64,000 nucleotides of DNA, from the NCBI GenBank assembly GCA_016934415.1, contig JAFGSW010000086.1, forward strand, positions 2,042 to 66,041, read 5' to 3'. Positions 57,803 through 64,000 of the stretch are shown piece by piece. Every line of letters starts with the position of its first letter. Within the stretch, counting starts at the first letter, position 1. The stretch is from Spirochaetales bacterium (GTDB lineage: Bacteria; Spirochaetota; Spirochaetia; SZUA-6; RPPD01). Under the pieces are notes generated by a model. That model was given only the letters and a program-made list of their open reading frames with translations. It did no database searches and was not told where the DNA came from. The position numbers and the translations under genes were made by a program.

Positions 57803-57931
57803 AGCGTCTTCCTCCTCGGGAAACGGTAAACATCGTCATTTAGAGTGTCACAAATATTGTGGAATTGTGGCGGAAATAAGGAAAATTGCCCCCCTTGGAG
57901 AACGGTTTCCAAATGTGCTACACTGGGAGCC

Positions 57932-58639
57932 ATGAATAAAGGCGCCGGTCCGTTCGTGGCCATCGTCGATGACGAGAAGAACATCCAGGAGACCGTCTCC
58001 TACGCCCTAAAAAAGGAAGGCTTTCGGCCGCTCGCGTACTCCAATGGACAAGAGGCGTGGGACAGCTTCCAGAAAAAACTCCCGGACCTGGTCATCCTCG
58101 ACATTCTCATGCCCATGATGGACGGACTGGAGCTTTGCCGCAAGCTGCGCGGGCTCAAGGACGGGCTCCCCATCATTTTTCTCACTTCAAAGGACGAAGA
58201 GTTCGACCGGGTGCTGGGGCTGGAGATGGGCGCGGACGACTACCTTTGCAAACCCTTCTCCATGCGTGAGCTCATGACACGGGTCAAGGTGCTCTTCCGC
58301 CGTATAAACCACCCGGCCGGCGGTCAGGAGGAAGGCGAGGCGCTCACCGTCTTCGACCTGGAGCTTGATCTCAAACGGTACACCGCCAAGTGGAAGGGCC
58401 TGAAATTGCCGCTTACCATCACGGAGTTCATGCTTCTCCTCTCTCTCGGCCGACAGCCGGGGATCGTCAAGACGCGGGAGAAACTGATGGAAGAAGCGTA
58501 TCCCGACAATACCTTCGTGAGCGACCGGACCATCGACAGCCATATCAAGCGGCTGCGCAGGAAGTTCCTGCAGGTCGATCCGGATTTCACCCTCATCGAG
58601 ACCGTGTACGGCCTGGGGTACAGATTCAAGGCCGAATGA
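57932..58639 (+). CDS. OmpR/PhoB-family response regulator
   Basis: Start MNKGAGPFVAIVDDE. Receiver-domain Asp in LVILDILMP. C-terminal winged helix ending TVYGLGYRF. Confidence 0.9.
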   Translation: MNKGAGPFVAIVDDEKNIQETVSYALKKEGFRPLAYSNGQEAWDSFQKKLPDLVILDILMPMMDGLELCRKLRGLKDGLPIIFLTSKDEEFDRVLGLEMGADDYLCKPFSMRELMTRVKVLFRRINHPAGGQEEGEALTVFDLELDLKRYTAKWKGLKLPLTITEFMLLLSLGRQPGIVKTREKLMEEAYPDNTFVSDRTIDSHIKRLRRKFLQVDPDFTLIETVYGLGYRFKAE

Positions 58640-58706
58640 GCGGGGCAGGATTTCTCCGGGCGCCGCGCCTTCCCGCCGGGGCGGATGGCGGAGCGGACTC
58701 GAACCG

Positions 58707-60344
58707 ATGAAAAGATTTTTCTCCCGCCTGAAAACGTTTCTTTTTCGCATCTCCTTCAGACTGCTGGCCTTCAATATCCTGCTCGTTATTTTGCCCTGGG
58801 CCGGCTTTCTGTTTCTTGACACGTACGAAAAACAGCTGCTCGCCTCCCAGGAAGACTCGATGGTCCAGCAGGGCCGCCTTCTCTCCGCCGCGCTGGCGGA
58901 GCAGGGCCCTCTCGACGAGGCGAAAGCGACAACCCTCCTGACGCGGCTTCGGGGCCGCACCGTGGCGCGGCTGCGGGTCGTGGACCGGGAAGGCCGCCTG
59001 CTGGCCGATTCAAGCGTGCTGCCGGTCGGCGGCGACCGGGAAGAGGAATCATCGCCGGCTTCGGCGAGGGGAGGAGAGAATACCCGCGCCGAGGACCGGG
59101 CGGAAAGCCGGGCGTCGGATACGATAGAGCCGGCCGGGGATTGGCTGTACGGCCTGTTCACCGGGATTGCGCGCCTTTTCCGCGAAGTCACCGGCATGCC
59201 CAAGCCGGATCTGGCGAGCGCCGATTTTTATTCCAAGGACAAGCCGCTCATGGGGCCGGAAATCAAGGCTGCGCTCGACGGCCGTTACGGGGCCACCACG
59301 CGCTATTCCATCGGCGAACAGCGCCAGTCGATCATCATCTATTCGGCCATCCCGGTGCGCAGCGCGGAGAAGGTGGTGGGCGTCGTTTTAGTGAGTCAAT
59401 CGACCTACCGCCTCCTCCTCGATCTGTACGAGGTGCGCATGGGAACCCTCAAGGTATTCCTCTTCTGCATGGTCTTCGCCGTGGTATTGAGCTTGTTCCT
59501 CTCAAGCACCATCGGCCGGCCTCTCCGCCGCCTGCGCGATGAGGCGGAGGCGGTGCTCGACAAGCGGGGCCGGCTCCTGCGACCCTTCCGGCCCACCCGG
59601 CGCCTCGACGAAATCGGGGATCTCGGACGCACCCTGCGCGCCCTCACCGAGCGCCTCGAGACGCACATGCAGTTCATCGAATCGTTCGCGGCCGACCTGT
59701 CCCACGAATTCAAGAACCCGCTCGCCTCGATCCGCTCGGCGGCCGAGATCGCGCTGGAGGCGGGGGAGAAGAAGGAACGGGCGAAGTTCCTGGACATGGC
59801 GATCCGGGACGTGGCGCGCATGGAGCGCCTTCTCTCGGGCGCGCGTGAGATCAGCCGCCTCGACGTCGGGCTCGCCATGGAGCCCCGCGAGGAGGTGAGA
59901 CTCGACCCGCTCGTCGAGCACATCGTGGCCGGGGCCGCCCTGCGCGAAAAATCCCTCGATTTCCGGTACCGGCCCCCGGAGAAGCCGGTCTCGGTGGCGG
60001 GACGGGAGGAACGGCTCGCCCAGGTGCTCGAAAACGTCCTCGACAACGCCTGCGGTTTTTCGCCCGAGGGGGGACGAATCGACGTCGTCCTGTCGGCGGC
60101 CGACGGCCACGCCGTCATTACGGTCGCGGACGAGGGGCCGGGAATCCCGGAGGAGCACCGCGAAAAGATTTTCGGGCGGTTTTTCACCTTTCGTCCCGGG
60201 GCGGGCGACAATACGCTTCATACCGGGCTGGGCCTCTCTGTCGTCAAGGTCATTGTTCAGGGCTATGACGGTACGGTCGCCGCCCGGAACCGGGAGTCCG
60301 GGGGAGCGGCCTTCGAGATCAGGTTGCCTTTGTTCGCGGAATAA
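58707..60344 (+). CDS. Sensor histidine kinase (two TM, HAMP, HisKA, HATPase_c)
   Basis: H-box LSHEFKNPLASIRSAAE. N/G boxes (VLDNACGFSPEGG; GLGLSVVKVI). Confidence 0.9.
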   Translation: MKRFFSRLKTFLFRISFRLLAFNILLVILPWAGFLFLDTYEKQLLASQEDSMVQQGRLLSAALAEQGPLDEAKATTLLTRLRGRTVARLRVVDREGRLLADSSVLPVGGDREEESSPASARGGENTRAEDRAESRASDTIEPAGDWLYGLFTGIARLFREVTGMPKPDLASADFYSKDKPLMGPEIKAALDGRYGATTRYSIGEQRQSIIIYSAIPVRSAEKVVGVVLVSQSTYRLLLDLYEVRMGTLKVFLFCMVFAVVLSLFLSSTIGRPLRRLRDEAEAVLDKRGRLLRPFRPTRRLDEIGDLGRTLRALTERLETHMQFIESFAADLSHEFKNPLASIRSAAEIALEAGEKKERAKFLDMAIRDVARMERLLSGAREISRLDVGLAMEPREEVRLDPLVEHIVAGAALREKSLDFRYRPPEKPVSVAGREERLAQVLENVLDNACGFSPEGGRIDVVLSAADGHAVITVADEGPGIPEEHREKIFGRFFTFRPGAGDNTLHTGLGLSVVKVIVQGYDGTVAARNRESGGAAFEIRLPLFAE

Positions 60345-60513
60345 CGATAAAAGAGAACGTTTTCGGGGGACGGACCTCTCGTCCCCCGCTTTACCATATC
60401 CGCGTTGATTGCTAAAGTGAAATTATTCGGGAATAATCTTCCGAGTAAAAAGATCGATTCCGGTGAGGCCTGCGCCCATGCCGAATGGAGCGGACGGGCC
60501 GGAGGAGTTGTGT

Positions 60514-61260
60514 ATGAAAAAGACGATCGGAGCCGTCATCGCCGCCGCGCTGTTTCTCGTATTTTTTTCCTGCGCCACGGAAAAGCCGAAGGACACCAAG
60601 CGATTCCTCGACTTCGATCGGCTCATGAGCGCCGAGGAGAGCACCTATCTGCCGTTCGTCGTCGATGACAGGCGCATTCAGGAAATCAAGGAATTGTTCG
60701 TGAAGGACAATCTTCCGATGCGGCCGTACCGGATTGATTTCTCGGCCAAGATAACGATCCCGAAGGACGTGAAATACAGGGAGGCGTCCGCCGCGCTCAA
60801 CCAAAAGATCGTCGCCGACTTCTTCAATGCCCTGAAACCGCCGGTAAGACTCGCGGCCATTCAGGAAAACAAGTATTTCATCTGCGGCGCCTACCTGACC
60901 GCGCTTCTCAAAAAAAGCGGTTTACTCTCCCAATTGAATTATACAAAAGTCATCGGCCCGTTCAATTACTTCAAGCGGCAGGACGTTTTGCTGGAATGCA
61001 CGATTCGCGAGGATTCGATACCGAGAATTTTCAGCCTTCTCCGCAACCTCCTTTATTCGGACGGTGCGATTACGGTGAGGAAATTGACCGCCCAGGAGCT
61101 CGATTGGTATTGGGTGTCCAGCAGTTACGATATCGAAGAGCCCATTTTCGTGTTCGAGAACAGCCGGCACAAAATCATGATCCATTTCACGCCGGAAGGC
61201 CAGATATTCTTTTTGGAGCTCTTCGATACTTTAAATTGGAAGGTCCGAAACGCCAATTGA
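60514..61260 (+). CDS. Hypothetical lipoprotein
   Basis: GGAGG RBS. MKKTIGAVIAAALFLVFFSC lipobox. No known domain. Confidence 0.6.
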   Translation: MKKTIGAVIAAALFLVFFSCATEKPKDTKRFLDFDRLMSAEESTYLPFVVDDRRIQEIKELFVKDNLPMRPYRIDFSAKITIPKDVKYREASAALNQKIVADFFNALKPPVRLAAIQENKYFICGAYLTALLKKSGLLSQLNYTKVIGPFNYFKRQDVLLECTIREDSIPRIFSLLRNLLYSDGAITVRKLTAQELDWYWVSSSYDIEEPIFVFENSRHKIMIHFTPEGQIFFLELFDTLNWKVRNAN

Positions 61261-61475
61261 GCGGGATTCCTGCACTCCCCAATCCCGCCCGGCTTAAACC
61301 GGCGGCCAGTCCGCCGTGTTACCTTTCGGAAATCGGATTGATTTTGTATTGTTCTTTCCCGCGATAAGGGCCTTAATTGTATTATGCCGGTTTCGTGGGT
61401 ATATTATGGCGGAAAGGCCCTCATTCCTGAACAGCGGCGCACTGAATGTCGAAACACGCGTCGAGGAGGTTTCAC

Positions 61476-63008
61476 ATGAATAAAAGAAAGAGCGTTTTCT
61501 ATTCGAAGAAATTCTTGATTTTCAATATCGCCCTGGCGTCCATGATCGTCGGCTTTGTCCTCTCCACCGTTCTCATCTACACGTTTTCCGGGAACGGCCG
61601 CGTCGAGTTGCCCCGGGCTTACGCCCAGGATTCCGACCAGGTGGAGAAGGGATACCAGGCCCTGGAGAGCATCCAGAGCTCGTTCCGCAATGTCGCGAAA
61701 ACGGCTTTGCCGGTCGTCGTGGAGATCAAGGTGATCCAGGCGGCGAGGCAGGGCGGATCGCAGCCGGATTCCCCGTGGCGATTTTTCTTCGGACCGCCCG
61801 ATTCCGAGGGCGGCAACGGCCCCGGCCGGGAATTCGAGTACCGCCGTCCGGGCGGCTTGGGCTCGGGCGTGATCGTCACGCGCGACGGCGACAAGGTCTT
61901 CGTGATCACCAACAACCACGTGGTGGGCGACGCGGTCGAGATGAGTGTCCAGCTCCATGACGGCCGGACGTATCCCGGTAAAATAGTGGCCAAGGACGAG
62001 CGCGTCGATCTGGCCATGATTTCCTTTGAAACCCGCGACCAGGTGTCCGTCGCCAGGCTCGGCGATTCGGACGTGCTCGAAGTCGGCGACTGGGCCATCG
62101 CCGTCGGCAACCCCTTCGGGCTCGAGTCCTCGCTCACGGTCGGCGTGGTGAGCGCTCTGGGCCGGAACGCGGTTCGCGGCTCGAACATCTCCAACTACAA
62201 CGAATACATTCAGACCGACGCCCAGATCAACCCCGGCAATTCGGGAGGGGCGCTCCTCAATCTGCGGGGCGAGGTCATCGGCATTAATACCTGGATCGCC
62301 TCCTCCACCGGCGTGAGTCAGGGGGTGGGCTTCGCCATTCCCATCAATGGCGTGAAAAAGGTTATGAGCGATTTCCTCACCAAGGGGAAAGTCGAATACG
62401 GCTGGCTGGGCGTGGGGATCGACGACCCCGAGGAGCAGTCGTTTCCCGGCGTGGCCGAAGACCTGAAGCTCAAGGGAATGAAGGGCGCGCTGGTGGTGAG
62501 CGTGTTCAAGGGCTCTCCCGCAGAGAAGAGCGGAATTCTCCCCGGCGACTATATCACCATGGCGGACGGCAGGACCGTTTCCGACGCCAATACCCTCACC
62601 CGCATCGTCGGGGGCCTGCCCCCCGACCGCGTCGTTGATTTTGTTCTCAGGCGTTATGGACAAGAGCGGCGGCTGAAAGTGACGCTCAAGGTCCGCGAAT
62701 CCGAAGACAAGCTGCGCGCCACTACCGCGATCTGGCCCGGATTGAACGCGATCAGGTTGACCGACGACTTCCGAAGGCAGCTGAAGGCCCCCTCTTCGGT
62801 CAAGGGCCTGCTTGTAAGCTCCGTCTCTCCGGGAACCGAAGCACAGAGTACGGGCTTTAAAATCGGCGACGTGATCGTGAAAATGAACGACCATGCGGTG
62901 ACCTCGGTCATGGATTTTTACCGATTTCTCAATGATAAGTCAAAAAATAAAATCAGTTTCAGAATCTGGCGCAACGAGAAGGAGTCCGTCATCGACCTCT
63001 CACGATAG
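61476..63008 (+). CDS. htrA: HtrA/DegP-family periplasmic serine protease with two PDZ domains
   Basis: Catalytic triad context HVVGDA ... DLAMISF ... GNSGGALLN. Two PDZ-like C-terminal domains. An alternative start lies at 61446. Confidence 0.9.
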   Translation: MNKRKSVFYSKKFLIFNIALASMIVGFVLSTVLIYTFSGNGRVELPRAYAQDSDQVEKGYQALESIQSSFRNVAKTALPVVVEIKVIQAARQGGSQPDSPWRFFFGPPDSEGGNGPGREFEYRRPGGLGSGVIVTRDGDKVFVITNNHVVGDAVEMSVQLHDGRTYPGKIVAKDERVDLAMISFETRDQVSVARLGDSDVLEVGDWAIAVGNPFGLESSLTVGVVSALGRNAVRGSNISNYNEYIQTDAQINPGNSGGALLNLRGEVIGINTWIASSTGVSQGVGFAIPINGVKKVMSDFLTKGKVEYGWLGVGIDDPEEQSFPGVAEDLKLKGMKGALVVSVFKGSPAEKSGILPGDYITMADGRTVSDANTLTRIVGGLPPDRVVDFVLRRYGQERRLKVTLKVRESEDKLRATTAIWPGLNAIRLTDDFRRQLKAPSSVKGLLVSSVSPGTEAQSTGFKIGDVIVKMNDHAVTSVMDFYRFLNDKSKNKISFRIWRNEKESVIDLSR

Positions 63009-63069
63009 GCGTTTTCAGGTGTTGAAGGAAGACGGGAATACCCGTCGTTGACTGATTAATGCTGATGAT

Positions 63070-63104
63070 AAAAGGCGGCCCCCCAAGGCCGCCTTTTATT
63101 TTTA
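63070..63104 (+). terminator. Rho-independent terminator of htrA
   Basis: aaaaggcggcc-ccccaa-ggccgcctttt followed by a T-run. Confidence 0.7.
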
Positions 63105-63127
63105 ATAATTTTCGCCATAAAATTGAA

Positions 63128-63156
63128 TTGAAAAACCGAAAAAATAACCATATAAT
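63128..63156 (+). promoter_or_regulatory. Sigma70-like promoter (TTGAAA-17-TATAAT) for the FN3 lipoprotein gene
   Basis: ttgaaa at 63128-63133, 17-nt spacer, tataat at 63151-63156, about 60 nt upstream of the ATG. Confidence 0.5.
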
Positions 63157-63218
63157 AGTTACATTGAAGAATTTAGATTTTTTCTCTTAAGTATAATCTA
63201 TTGCCAGAGGAGTCGGGT

Positions 63219-64000
63219 ATGAAGAAGACGGACGCGATTTCGGTTACTAGATCGTCCATACCTATTCTAATATCAATATTTCTCATACTTTTTACCGTCG
63301 GTTGCGATTTGCCGACGACAACGCGAGCGGTCTCCCCGGTCGCTCCCGCGGCTCCGAGCCTGACCCCCGGTACCGGACAGATCACGGTGACCTGGACGGC
63401 GGTGGATAAGGCGACCTCCTATGAAGTCTGGTGGAATACGGTCAACGACACGGCCACTGCCGCCCAATACGGCAGCGATTGTGTATTGACGGTGACCGTC
63501 ATCAACGGCGTGCCGGACGGTTTCACCTATTGGGTGTGGATCAAAGCGAAAAACCGCTTCGGCACGAGCGGCTTCAGCCCCGCGGCGAGCGTCGCCATGG
63601 GCGTTCCGACCGTGCCGCCTTCCGCGCCGAACGCGCCGACTCTCACACCGGCCGATTCGGCCCTGGTCGTGAGCTGGGGCGCCGTTGCCGGCGCTTCGGC
63701 GTACGAGGTCTGGTACAACACCGTCGACGTCTCCGCCAGCGCCACGCAGTTCGGCGGCGACATTACAATACTAGGCACGACCATTACCGGACTCACGAAT
63801 GGAACCACGTACTACGTGTGGGTACTCGCGAAGAACGCTATCGGTTCGAGTCCCTTCTCCCCCTCCTCGAACGCCGTGCCGCAGATCGGTCCGCCGGCGG
63901 CGCCCGGAGCGCCGGTGTTGACGCCCGGCGATACGCAGATCGACGCGAACTGGGGCGCGGTAGGCGGAGCCACGCAGTATCGCGTATATATCAATACCAT
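63219..64000 (+). CDS. Lipoprotein with tandem fibronectin-type-III-like ~95-aa modules (partial, runs off the window)
   Basis: Not in the ORF track because no stop falls in the window. GAGGAG RBS. MKKTDAISV...LFTVGC lipobox. Three repeats of PxLTPGxxQI..W.AV..A..YEVW.NTV.D.A.A.Q.G.D......I.GL.NGTTY.VW..AKN..GSS.FSP. Confidence 0.7.
   Translation, partial: MKKTDAISVTRSSIPILISIFLILFTVGCDLPTTTRAVSPVAPAAPSLTPGTGQITVTWTAVDKATSYEVWWNTVNDTATAAQYGSDCVLTVTVINGVPDGFTYWVWIKAKNRFGTSGFSPAASVAMGVPTVPPSAPNAPTLTPADSALVVSWGAVAGASAYEVWYNTVDVSASATQFGGDITILGTTITGLTNGTTYYVWVLAKNAIGSSPFSPSSNAVPQIGPPAAPGAPVLTPGDTQIDANWGAVGGATQYRVYINT

Overview
High-GC (~62%) bacterial chromosomal window. Its gene content and organisation look spirochaete-like, but that is a guess. 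Protein-coding density is high and about 45 genes can be supported. The 5' end holds the known alpha-2-macroglobulin/PbpC envelope pair (A2M complete, pbpC truncated by the window edge). Following these are a stand-alone groEL with no groES and no CIRCE element, a tandem-HTH MerR-family regulator, yajC-secD-secF, a metallophosphoesterase and transketolase. The middle of the window is rich in c-di-GMP genes: a PilZ protein, a PAS-GGDEF-EAL protein and two HD-GYP proteins, one of which is fused to a LacI-type sugar-binding domain. That fusion sits in a glycan-utilisation cluster with a GH31 alpha-glucosidase, a GH3 beta-glucosidase, a PadR regulator and a polytopic membrane protein carrying a periplasmic beta-propeller. 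The 3' end carries ndk, a lone EF-G paralogue, a KaiC/RecA-like ATPase, an OmpR/HK two-component pair, a lipoprotein, HtrA and a partial FN3-repeat lipoprotein. No rRNA, tRNA or CRISPR was recognised. Two non-coding signals stand out and I believe they are the most novel part of the window. First, a family of 130-265 bp AT-rich MITE/Correia-like intergenic elements bounded by ~20 bp terminal inverted repeats with core AATAAGGAARCCAGGAA: three complete copies, a probable degenerate fourth at 21131-21366, partial copies, and one that supplies the C-terminal codons and stop of the GH3 gene. Second, a family of perfect 28-39 bp palindromic hairpins (consensus GCAGGYTGYTGAAAAAG-TTGAG-CTTTTTCARCARCCTGC and GAAAAAG/CTTTTTC-core relatives). 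Three copies start at the very next base after the stop codons of genes for secreted envelope proteins, and none has a trailing U-tract.
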